Of a DNA stretch of 16,012 nucleotides, positions 1 through 7,931 are shown one piece after another. Position 1 is the first letter of the stretch, and each line of letters opens with the position of its first letter. The DNA comes from Candidatus Eiseniibacteriota bacterium. Its GTDB lineage: Bacteria; Eisenbacteria; RBG-16-71-46; CAZEPH01. The notes under the pieces are model-generated. The model was not told the origin of the DNA. It made no database searches and worked only from the letters and a program-made list of their open reading frames with translations. The stretch lies in assembly GCA_044229145.1 (NCBI GenBank), contig JBGATO010000081.1:1-16012 (forward strand), written 5' to 3'. Made by a program: the position numbers and the translations under genes.

Positions 1-364
1 TGGGCGGCCCGACTCGTTGGATGACTAGACTGTTGGCGGAGCGTTCACCGAACCGGCGTCCGCGATCCTGTCCCCCCTCGAACGGTCGCGTACTCTCGAA
101 GTCCTGTGAAGCGTCTCTGCCCTCCAGCCCGCGGGGCTGCGCCCTGGGACCGAAGTGTGGCAGCGCCCTTTCCGATCAAGTGCGCTACCGGGAAAAAGAC
201 GCCGAATCCGCGTGCACGGTTGCCGGGTTTTTGCGCACGCCTCACGATTTTTTCGCGAGACGGTCTCGGCTGCGCTCAGCCAAGCGACCTGCCGACGAAT
301 CAGCGTCGTGCGTTCTGTTACACGGCCGCGCCGCGATGGTTCCGGCTGGACACCATCCGGGGCG

Positions 365-407
365 AAAAAAGGCGCCCCGCCGGCCGTGGCCGGCCGCGCG
401 GGGCGTC
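365..407 (-). terminator. Rho-independent terminator downstream of mlaD
   Basis: On the minus strand, a GC-rich stem (CGCCCCGC/GCGGGGCG plus CGGCCG/CGGCCG, 4-nt loop, 1-nt bulge) is followed by TTTTTT (plus-strand AAAAAA 365-370). It begins about 15 nt after the mlaD stop. Confidence 0.85.
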
Positions 408-422
408 ACAACCCACCGGCGC

Positions 423-1361
423 CTAGAACACGCTGAACTTGAAGAAGCGGTTCGGGTGCTTCTGGATTTCGACGATCAGGCTGTCGACCGTCGCCAGCGT
501 CGTGGTGGTACGCGCGTAGAGCTGCTCGTCACGCAGCAGCGCACCCGCCGTCCCGCCGCCACGCTTCTGCAGGGCGTCGGTCAGCGAATCGAGCCGCGCC
601 GCGGTGCGCGTGGCGGCGTCGAACAGGCTGCGGTCCGACAACATCGCCCCGGTCGTGCTCTTGGGCGACTTCGCCATCTTGACCAGCTCGTCGAAGTCAT
701 CGGAGAGCTGCGTCAGGCGCGGCAAGAGCTGGTCGGCGTCGCGGGAGAGCCGCGTCGCGCTGGCGGCGCCGGCGTCGGCAAGCCGCACCATCGAGTCGTG
801 CAGATCCGTCTTGGTGACCATGGCGCCGAAGGTGCCGCGACCGGCCTCGAGTCCCGCGAGCAGGTGGTTGGTGATCTGCACGGTCTCCTGCAACGTGTCG
901 AGGAACGCCGACATGCGCGGAGCCAAGCTGGCGATCGTCGGCACGTCGCGCAGCGGGATGATGCCGTTCTCCTCCAACGCGGGTGCGCTTTGCGAGCCCG
1001 GATCGATCGCCACGTACATGTCACCGAGCAGACCGACGGTGCCCATCGTCGCGGTGGCGTCCTTGTGCAGCAGCTTCCAGTGTTCGGCCCCGAGTTCGAC
1101 CTGCACGCCGACCACGCGTTCCTTGTCGAACTTGGTGAAATCGAGCTTCGACACCGTGCCGATCGGCACGCCGCCGATGCGCACCGGCGAGCCCGACACC
1201 ATGCCGTTCACGTCGTGCACGTAAACCCAGGCGTTGTGCTTGCGCGAGAGCACCTTGGGGCCGGGAATCTTGAACGAGGTCCACAGGAACAACATGAACG
1301 CGGCGATGATGAGCCCGCCGACCTTCAGCTGTCCCCACGGGATGTGACCGGACCGCCTCAC
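423..1361 (-). CDS. mlaD: MCE-family (MlaD-like) periplasmic lipid-transport subunit with long helical C-terminal extension, 312 aa
   Basis: N-terminal TM (LKVGGLIIAAFMLFLW), MCE motifs VNGMVSGSPVRIGGVPIGTV and GLLGDMYVAIDPG, helical tail ending HPNRFFKFSVF. Start moved from 1376 to GTG at 1361, which overlaps the mlaF TGA (GTGA) and has SD GGGAGGA 6 nt upstream. Confidence 0.88.
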   Translation of the reverse strand: MRRSGHIPWGQLKVGGLIIAAFMLFLWTSFKIPGPKVLSRKHNAWVYVHDVNGMVSGSPVRIGGVPIGTVSKLDFTKFDKERVVGVQVELGAEHWKLLHKDATATMGTVGLLGDMYVAIDPGSQSAPALEENGIIPLRDVPTIASLAPRMSAFLDTLQETVQITNHLLAGLEAGRGTFGAMVTKTDLHDSMVRLADAGAASATRLSRDADQLLPRLTQLSDDFDELVKMAKSPKSTTGAMLSDRSLFDAATRTAARLDSLTDALQKRGGGTAGALLRDEQLYARTTTTLATVDSLIVEIQKHPNRFFKFSVF

Positions 1362-2236
1362 GCGTTTTCCTCCCACTCATCGGCCTCGGCGAGCTTGGCG
1401 CTCGCGGCCGCCATCATGCCGCGGAACGGACGCAGGAACTCCACCACCTGCGGATCCTCGGAAGTGAGCAACTCGTTCCCCGTTCCGTCGAAGTGTACCC
1501 GGCGCTGGTCGAGCAGCACGAAGCGGTTGCCCACCTTGAGCGCATCCGGGATGTGGTGTGTGACCATGATCGACGTGATGTGGAACCGCTCGCGCAGGTT
1601 GACCATGACGTCGGTGATCTGCTCGACGCTCACCGGATCGAGTCCGGTGGTCGGCTCGTCGTACAACAGGATGCGCGGCTGCCCGGCGAGCGCGCGGGCG
1701 ATCGCCACGCGGCGCTGCATGCCGCCCGAGAGCTGGTCGGGCATGAGGTCGAGCACGTAGGCATCGAGGCCGACCATCTCCAGGAGCCGCACGACTTCCG
1801 GCTCGACTTCGTCGTGCGAGCGGCGGTGCGTGTGGAGCAGCGTGAACGCCACGTTCTCGCCCACCGTCAGCGAGTCGAATAGCGCGCCGTCCTGGAACAC
1901 GATCGCCATTTGCTGGCGCAACGCATCGAGCGGACGGCGCTTGAGGCGCGTGATGTCCTGCCCGTCCACCAGGATGCGGCCGCTCTGCGGCTTGATGAGG
2001 CCGAGGATGAGCCGCAGGATCGTGCTCTTGCCGGTGCCGCTCGGCCCCATGATGACCTTGGTGCGCCCGACCGGCACCTCGAACGTCACGCGGTCGAGGA
2101 TGAGCCGCCCGTCGATGCTGTACGACACATCCTCGAAGCGAATGCTGGCGCGGCCCTTGGGCGCGCCAAGCGGGTCGGTGCCGGCATCGGGCGGTGCGGT
2201 CCACGGCAGTGCGGGCATGCGGGGCGGCGGGGTCAT
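1358..2236 (-). CDS. mlaF: ABC ATPase, MlaF/Mkl family, 292 aa
   Basis: Walker A GPSGTGKS, Q-loop FQDGALFDSLTVGENV, signature LSGGMQRR, Walker B LLYDEPTTGLDP, H-loop VTHH. Lies between mlaE- and mlaD-like genes. Confidence 0.92.
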   Translation of the reverse strand: MTPPPRMPALPWTAPPDAGTDPLGAPKGRASIRFEDVSYSIDGRLILDRVTFEVPVGRTKVIMGPSGTGKSTILRLILGLIKPQSGRILVDGQDITRLKRRPLDALRQQMAIVFQDGALFDSLTVGENVAFTLLHTHRRSHDEVEPEVVRLLEMVGLDAYVLDLMPDQLSGGMQRRVAIARALAGQPRILLYDEPTTGLDPVSVEQITDVMVNLRERFHITSIMVTHHIPDALKVGNRFVLLDQRRVHFDGTGNELLTSEDPQVVEFLRPFRGMMAAASAKLAEADEWEENA

Positions 2237-2240
2237 CGCG

Positions 2241-3089
2241 TCACCATCCCAGCAAGTTGAACATGGCGCGCGTCACGCACAAGTCGGCGATCAGGATCGA
2301 CACCATGCAGATGACGACGGCTTCGGTCGTCGCCACGCCGACACCCTTGGTGCCGCCCTCGGCGTGGAAGCCCTTGTACGTGCCGACCACCGCGATGAGC
2401 ACGGCGAAGAAGAACGGCTTCACCGCGCCCACCAAGAGGTCGCCCATCTCGAGGCTCGCCCACACACCGGCCCAATACGTGGCCGGCGCGATGTGCACGA
2501 CGACCTGCGAGACGATGTAGCCGCCGAACACGCTGATGCCGTCGGCGAGCATGACGAGCATCGGCAGCATGATCATGAGCGCGAGCAATCGCGGCACCGC
2601 CAGCTTCTTGATCGGGTCGATGCCGAACGCGGTGAGCGCTTCGATCTGGTTCGAGATGCGCATCGAGCCGACTTCCGCCGCGTGTCCGGCCGACATGCGC
2701 GACGCCACCACCATGCCGGTGAGCACCGGGCCGAGCGAGCGGATCGTCGCGGTGGCCATCAGCCGCCCGAGGTAGTCCTTGGCGCCCATCTGGCCGAGTT
2801 CCTTCGACAACTGGAGCGCCAGCGCCTGACCGCTGAAGAACGCCGAGAGCAGCACCAGCATGAGCGAGCCGTTGCCGCTGTAATGCATCTGCTCGTAGAG
2901 ATCGCGTCCGAAGAACGGCCGGCGGAAGCACGCCACCAGCGTGCGGAAGCCGAACACGCAGATGTCTTGGATGATGAAGATGACCGCCTTGACGCGCTCC
3001 AGCAGATTCGGCGTGGGCTGCGTCGACGGCGGCGGGCCCGCGGCCGGCGGCGTCTTCGACGCCTCCGCGGCGTGCGGCACGGCGCTCAC
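2241..3089 (-). CDS. mlaE: MlaE-family ABC permease, about 282 aa
   Basis: MlaE motifs RSLGPVLTGMVVASR, AAEVGSMRISNQIEAL, DPIKKLAVPR and GGTKGVGVATTEAVV, with several TM helices. Start set to GTG 3089 (GAGG 6 nt upstream); the ORF-track start at 3197 overlaps the upstream gene. Confidence 0.88.
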   Translation of the reverse strand: MSAVPHAAEASKTPPAAGPPPSTQPTPNLLERVKAVIFIIQDICVFGFRTLVACFRRPFFGRDLYEQMHYSGNGSLMLVLLSAFFSGQALALQLSKELGQMGAKDYLGRLMATATIRSLGPVLTGMVVASRMSAGHAAEVGSMRISNQIEALTAFGIDPIKKLAVPRLLALMIMLPMLVMLADGISVFGGYIVSQVVVHIAPATYWAGVWASLEMGDLLVGAVKPFFFAVLIAVVGTYKGFHAEGGTKGVGVATTEAVVICMVSILIADLCVTRAMFNLLGW

Positions 3090-3156
3090 GCGCGGCCTCG
3101 CGCGGGGCGGCGGACATCCTGGAGCATGGTGGGACGGGGCGTGATGGGGCGATCTC

Positions 3157-4302
3157 CTAGACGGTCGGCGCCGCCGACGCGAGGCCGAGGCCGACACTGG
3201 TGCGCAGCTCTTGCTGCAAGCGCCGCACGACCTCGCGCAGCGAGCCGGTGCGCTTGAACACCGCGCGCTGGCGCACCACCGAGGTGTCGGCGTCGAGGAT
3301 TTCGTAGAGGCGCTCGAGTTCCTCGGCGCCGCCGAGTTCCTGCGAAATCGGCAGCAGGCGCTCGACCCACCTCTCGATGTCGGCGCGCATGCCGCACTGG
3401 TAGCCTTGGTCGTTCATCACCAGGTTGGCGCGCAGCCCGAAGCGCGCGGCGCGCCACTTGTTCTCGCGCAGGATCCAGAAGCGCGGCGCCGGCAGCACAT
3501 GCCCGGCATCGTACTCGCGCTCCATCCACACCACCAGCGCCTGGACGAACGCCGCCACCGCACCGATTTCGCGCATGTTCGACATCGCGTCGCAGATGCG
3601 GACTTCGACGGTGCCGTACTTGAGATGCGGCCGGATGTCCCACCAGATCTCGTTGATGGTGCGAATGGTGTTCGAGCGCACCAGCACCTGCATCATGCGC
3701 TGGAAGTCCGCCCAGTTCGTCATGCGGTACGGGAATCCGCCGCCCGGCAACGACTCGAACACCTTCGAGCGCGCCGAGCACAGGCCGGTGTCGCGGCCTT
3801 CCCAGTACGGCGAGGACGCCGAGAGCGCGAGCAGGTGCGGAATGAACGTCGCCAGCGCGTTCGAGATGGCGATCGCCTTCTCCGGCGTCTTCACGCCGAC
3901 GTGCACGTGCAGACCGCAGGTGAGAAGCCGCCGTCCCGCCCATTGGATTCGCTCGATCTGCTCGAAGTAGCGCGGGTCCTCCGACATCTTCTGCTGGTCC
4001 CAGGTCGAGAACGGGTGCGTGCCCGCGGACAGCAGACCGACGCCGAGTTCGTCGGCGACTTGGATGACGCGCGCGGTGCGGCTGGCGAGATCGCGCTCCG
4101 CCTCGCCCGGCGTCTTGCACACCTTGGTGCAGATCTCGACGACGCACTGCAGCACTTCCTTCTTCACGTGCATCGGGTCGTCGGCGCGCGCCAGGAGCGC
4201 CGGCGCGGCGGAGGTCAGCGCGCCGGTGAGCGGGTCGACGGTCTGCAGTTCGATCTCGAGGCCGAGCGTCGGCTCGGGCGAACCCGGGAAGGTCATCTGC
4301 AT
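3157..4302 (-). CDS. ybdK: YbdK-family carboxylate-amine ligase (glutamate--cysteine ligase GCS2), motif-intact copy, 381 aa
   Basis: TLGLEIELQTVD, KEVLQCVVEICT, GTHPF, PRY, CGLHVHVG, ALSASSPYW, DTGLCSAR, WWDIRP, GTVEVRICD, ENKWRAARFG. SD AAGGGAG lies in the tail of the upstream paralogue. Confidence 0.92.
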   Translation of the reverse strand: MQMTFPGSPEPTLGLEIELQTVDPLTGALTSAAPALLARADDPMHVKKEVLQCVVEICTKVCKTPGEAERDLASRTARVIQVADELGVGLLSAGTHPFSTWDQQKMSEDPRYFEQIERIQWAGRRLLTCGLHVHVGVKTPEKAIAISNALATFIPHLLALSASSPYWEGRDTGLCSARSKVFESLPGGGFPYRMTNWADFQRMMQVLVRSNTIRTINEIWWDIRPHLKYGTVEVRICDAMSNMREIGAVAAFVQALVVWMEREYDAGHVLPAPRFWILRENKWRAARFGLRANLVMNDQGYQCGMRADIERWVERLLPISQELGGAEELERLYEILDADTSVVRQRAVFKRTGSLREVVRRLQQELRTSVGLGLASAAPTV

Positions 4303-4305
4303 CGT

Positions 4306-5565
4306 CTAGGCTCCCTTCTTGGCGCGGCGGGCCGGGGCGGGCACCGGCGGTGTGGCATCGCCGGTGGCGGGCGCGCGGCCCGCTTGGGCGAGCGCCGGCA
4401 ATTCGTCGAGCAGCGGGCGCCCGGCGCAGAACTCGCGCCGCAGGTGCGCGATGACGCCGCGGTGGCCACCGGCCGCCGGATCGGCGAACGCCGCGCGCTG
4501 CCGCGCCGAGCCCGAGCCGTGCAGCGCCAAGCCGTCGAGCGCAGCGAGTTCCAGCGTCACGCCCAAGCGTTCCGCCGCATCGGCCGCCCACGCCGTCGTG
4601 AGTCCGGCGAACTGCCGGAAGTCCACCAGCGTCCCGTCGCGGCTGGCGATCACCTCGGTGTCCATCCCGAAACGCGCCGCGCGCCAGCGGTTCTCCGCCT
4701 TCACCCAGTGATCGAGCGCCAGCATGACATCGCCCGCGTTGTACTGCGCTTGCAGCGACGACGCGGTGGCCCACACCGCGGCGCTGTACGCCATGACCTC
4801 GGCGAGCGTCGCTGGCGAGTCGATGCAGCAGATCGCCAGCGCACCGTCGTCGGGAGACGGCGTGATGTCCCACCAGATCTGGTGGTAGCCGTCGATCGCG
4901 TTCGCGGCGCGCAGCGTGTTGAGATAGAGCTGGAACTCGGCCCAGTTCACGAAGGTCGGCGCGATGCCGGCGCTCGGGATGTTGTCGAGCATGCGGATGC
5001 GGCACGAGCCGAGCCCAGTGTCCTTGCCGCGCCAGTACGGCGAGTTGCCCGACAAGCCGATGAACAGCGGCACGTAGCACGAGAGCGAGTTCGAGACGGC
5101 GATCGCCTTCTCGCCGTCCGGCAGGCCGACCAGGACGTTGAGGCCGCAGGTCAGCATGCGGCGCATGATCCACTGCAAGCGGTAGACGAGTTTCTCCGCT
5201 TCGGGCTCCGGCGTGATCTCCTGCTCCGCCCACTCGCTCGACGGGTGCGTCCCGGAGCCGATGAGGGCGAGACCACGCGCCTCGGCGCGCTGCGACAAGC
5301 GCTCCATGGTGCTCTCGAGCACGGCGCGGGCGCCGTCGAGCGTCGGGTGCATGCCGGTGCGCAAGCGGATGATGCTGCGGTAGAGACCCGGGACCGCGGT
5401 CGGGCGTACGCCGTCGTTGAAGCCGTCGAGCAGGGTGGACGCCGCCGGCACCAGCGCGCCGGTGGAGGCGTCGACCACGAACACTTCCCACTTGATGCCG
5501 ATGCGCGGGCGCTCTTCGCCCCGGAAGATCAAACGACCGGAGCCACGGGCCCAGGGGCTCGCCAT
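4306..5565 (-). CDS. YbdK/GCS2-family paralogue with degenerate active site (probable pseudoenzyme), 419 aa
   Basis: Collinear with the neighbouring YbdK (GTHP, SPYW, DTGL, WWDI, ENRWRAARFG and RQR retained), but catalytic motifs are altered. Start set to ATG 5565 (AAAGGAA 5 nt upstream). No internal stop or frameshift. Confidence 0.85.
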   Translation of the reverse strand: MASPWARGSGRLIFRGEERPRIGIKWEVFVVDASTGALVPAASTLLDGFNDGVRPTAVPGLYRSIIRLRTGMHPTLDGARAVLESTMERLSQRAEARGLALIGSGTHPSSEWAEQEITPEPEAEKLVYRLQWIMRRMLTCGLNVLVGLPDGEKAIAVSNSLSCYVPLFIGLSGNSPYWRGKDTGLGSCRIRMLDNIPSAGIAPTFVNWAEFQLYLNTLRAANAIDGYHQIWWDITPSPDDGALAICCIDSPATLAEVMAYSAAVWATASSLQAQYNAGDVMLALDHWVKAENRWRAARFGMDTEVIASRDGTLVDFRQFAGLTTAWAADAAERLGVTLELAALDGLALHGSGSARQRAAFADPAAGGHRGVIAHLRREFCAGRPLLDELPALAQAGRAPATGDATPPVPAPARRAKKGA

Positions 5566-5768
5566 GGGGGTTCCTTTCCGCAGGCAGTCAGCGTGACGGC
5601 AGGCGCGTCCAGCGCGGACGCGACGACAACGAACATCCCGCGCGACGCGGGCGACGCGGGGCGGGCGCACCGCGTGTCCCCGCCGCTCTCCCGGCGGTCG
5701 CGTGGCGCGGCGGAGGGAGATGCAGGGTCGGCGTGAACCGCGCGCCGGCGGCGCGGAGGAATCGGCGA

Positions 5769-5797
5769 ACCGTACCGGAGGGGCGCGGATGGGTCAA
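5769..5797 (-). promoter_or_regulatory. sigma70-type promoter for the ybdK-like/ybdK/mlaEFD unit
   Basis: Minus strand reads TTGACC (5797-5792), 17-nt spacer, TACGGT (5774-5769), inside the 300-bp intergenic gap and pointing at the operon. Confidence 0.65.
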
Positions 5798-5866
5798 GGG
5801 AGCCACCGCCGCACGGGGCGCCGGCGGACCGGGCGCGGACGGCACGCCCGGCAGTTCCCTACACCG

Positions 5867-6298
5867 CTACGCCCCGGCGAATCCTTCCGGGAGCCGTTCC
5901 TTGGACCAGGACCGGCGGCGGAAATACAGGACGACGCTGCGCAGGTCGTCGAACTCGAACGGCTTGTCGAGCACGGCCGCGGCGCCGAGAGCGTACGCGC
6001 GCTCGTGGGTCACGGCATCGCCGAACGCGGTGATGAGGATCACCGGTGACGGCACGGCGTCGCCGCAGATCTTTTCCAGAACCTCGAGGCCGGTCAAACG
6101 AGGCATGCGGATATCGGCGACGACCAGATCGACCGGCGTGCCGGCCGCGCGGGCTGCGTCGTAGGCTTCGAGCATCTCTTGACCGTCGGCGGCTTCGAGG
6201 ACGGTGTAGCCGTCGTTCCGCAGGACGGTGGCCAGGAGGCGCCGCATTTCCCCATCGTCTTCCGCCAGCAACAGTCGGCCGACGTGCATGAACTCCAT
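5867..6298 (-). CDS. Single-domain response regulator (CheY-like receiver), about 143 aa
   Basis: LLLAEDD acidic pocket, VVADIRMP phospho-Asp, ITAFG, DKPF; only a ~20-aa tail and no output domain. AGGAGG lies upstream; the start could instead be ATG 6289. Confidence 0.9.
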   Translation of the reverse strand: MEFMHVGRLLLAEDDGEMRRLLATVLRNDGYTVLEAADGQEMLEAYDAARAAGTPVDLVVADIRMPRLTGLEVLEKICGDAVPSPVILITAFGDAVTHERAYALGAAAVLDKPFEFDDLRSVVLYFRRRSWSKERLPEGFAGA

Positions 6299-6371
6299 TC
6301 GCCTCCTCTGGGAGCCCGGAGGGATCGCGCTCCCGCGTGGCCGGACGGCCTTCCAGCCCTGGCGAGGCGTA

Positions 6372-7931
6372 TCAGGAAGGCGAGGTGTCGGCGGCAGCGG
6401 AATCCGCGGGGGACGATGCAGTCTGCGACACGGGCGGGGCGGGTGGCAAGAAGATCGAGACCGTGGTGCCGGACGCCGGCGTGCTTTCGGCGCTCATCCA
6501 GCCGCCGTGCTCGCGCACGATGCCGTAGGAGACCGCCAGGCCCAGTCCGGTTCCCTGCCCAATGGCCTTAGACGTGTAGAAGGGCTCGAACACGTGCGGG
6601 ATGGCTTCCGGGGCGATCCCCGTCCCGTCGTCGGTCACTGCCAGGCGAATGTAGGCGCCGGATGCCCCGCCGTGGTCCACGGGAGGCGTCACCTCCTCGC
6701 ACGAGACGTGGACGAGGATGGATCCACCGCGCCCCTCCGGCATCGCTTGAATCGAATTCAGCAAGAGATTCGTCACCGCCTGCTGGAGTCGCGGGGCATC
6801 GCCGTCGACATGGAAGGATTCGGACGGGTCCAGAAACCGCACGCGCACGCCCTGCGCTTCGGCCAAAGGCTGGAGCAGATCGAGGGCCGCGCGCGCCACG
6901 CCGCTCACCGAGAGCCGCGCGCGCGTCGCCTGTGGTGAGCGCCGGGCGAAGTCGAGGAGCTGGCGAATGATCTCCGCCATTCGGTGCGCTTGCTGGTGGA
7001 TGATGGTCGCCGATTCCGGCACGTCGGGCGCCAGCGTCTGCCCCGAGGCAATCATCTTTGCCCGCTGCGACACGACGTTGAGCGGCGTCCCCAGTTCGTG
7101 CGCGACGCCGGAGGCGAGCCGCCCGACGGTGGCGAGGCGGTCGGCGTGCCGCAGTTCGGTGAGGATGGTGACGCGGGCGTCGGCTTCGCTCTTGAGGCGG
7201 CGGTCGGCGTCGGTGAGGCGCTCGCACATCGCGTTCATTTCGTCCGCCAGCACTTCGAGTTCGTCGCGCGAGCCGAGGACGAGCGGCTCGGTGAAGTCGC
7301 CGTCGCCGATGCGGCGCGCCTTGGCCACCAAGCGGCGCATCGGCCGCCCGATGAAGAGCGCCCCGAGTACCGAGGCGAGTACGGCCGCGATGATGGTGAG
7401 CACGACGGCGGCGAAGATCCGCCGGCCGAGGGTGGCGCGCAGGTAGCCGCGCTCCGGCGCGAGCGACTTCGAGACTTCGAGCACCTGACGCGCTTCGCCG
7501 AGCCGCTGAGGCGGCGTGTCGGTGTAGCGCCACACCGGAATCGGCATGTACGTGTACAGCCGGTATTCCCCGCTGGCGTCCTGCGCCCGCCGCTGGACCA
7601 TCTGCGCCCGCGCCGCCGGCAACAAACGGGAGCGCGCCACCCGCGGCGCATCGGGGGCGCCTGGGGGCGCATCGAGGTCGGTCCAGTGCAGGTCGGGCTG
7701 GTTCGCGGCGGCGTTGGTCTCGGCGATCAATCGACGGGCCGCGCGTTCGCCGCTGTGCGCCCAGACGATGGCGGCGGCGGTGGACACGGTGGCCGCCGCT
7801 TGCCGCAGGTCCTCGCGCATATCGGTTTCGAACAGCTGCCGCTCGCGGCGTACGCCGAGATACGCGTCGATCACCAGCACCACGCACATGCTGCCGACCA
7901 AGAACAACGTGAGACGGCGGGCAATCTTCAT
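6372..7931 (-). CDS. Membrane sensor histidine kinase (2 TM, extracytoplasmic sensor, HAMP, HisKA, HATPase), 519 aa
   Basis: TM1 LTLFLVGSMCVVLVI, TM2 IFAAVVLTIIAAVLASVLGALFI, HAMP (RPMRRL...DELEVLADEMNAM), H-box GVAHELGTPL, N-box NLLLNS, G1 DDGTGI, F-box FEPFYTSK, G2 GTGLGL. Start ATG 7931 overlaps the upstream stop (ATGA). Confidence 0.92.
   Translation of the reverse strand: MKIARRLTLFLVGSMCVVLVIDAYLGVRRERQLFETDMREDLRQAAATVSTAAAIVWAHSGERAARRLIAETNAAANQPDLHWTDLDAPPGAPDAPRVARSRLLPAARAQMVQRRAQDASGEYRLYTYMPIPVWRYTDTPPQRLGEARQVLEVSKSLAPERGYLRATLGRRIFAAVVLTIIAAVLASVLGALFIGRPMRRLVAKARRIGDGDFTEPLVLGSRDELEVLADEMNAMCERLTDADRRLKSEADARVTILTELRHADRLATVGRLASGVAHELGTPLNVVSQRAKMIASGQTLAPDVPESATIIHQQAHRMAEIIRQLLDFARRSPQATRARLSVSGVARAALDLLQPLAEAQGVRVRFLDPSESFHVDGDAPRLQQAVTNLLLNSIQAMPEGRGGSILVHVSCEEVTPPVDHGGASGAYIRLAVTDDGTGIAPEAIPHVFEPFYTSKAIGQGTGLGLAVSYGIVREHGGWMSAESTPASGTTVSIFLPPAPPVSQTASSPADSAAADTSPS

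Noticed and set aside
158..172. sigma54-like TGGCAG-N5-TTTC (and TGGCAC-N5-GCGC at 8657-8671)
   Set aside because: The first lacks the -12 GC and points at no gene; the second lacks the TT and lies inside a coding start.
4306..5565. Calling the degenerate YbdK copy a pseudogene
   Set aside because: Frame intact, good SD, GC-rich codons kept, and losses concentrated at catalytic residues, which fits a maintained pseudoenzyme better. Not proven without orthologues.
21..5736. Long plus-strand ORFs (21-1760, 1830-3257, 3211-5736) and the alternative minus-frame ORF 3086-5491
   Set aside because: Shadow ORFs of well-supported genes in high-GC DNA; Arg/Ala/Gly-rich with no family motifs.
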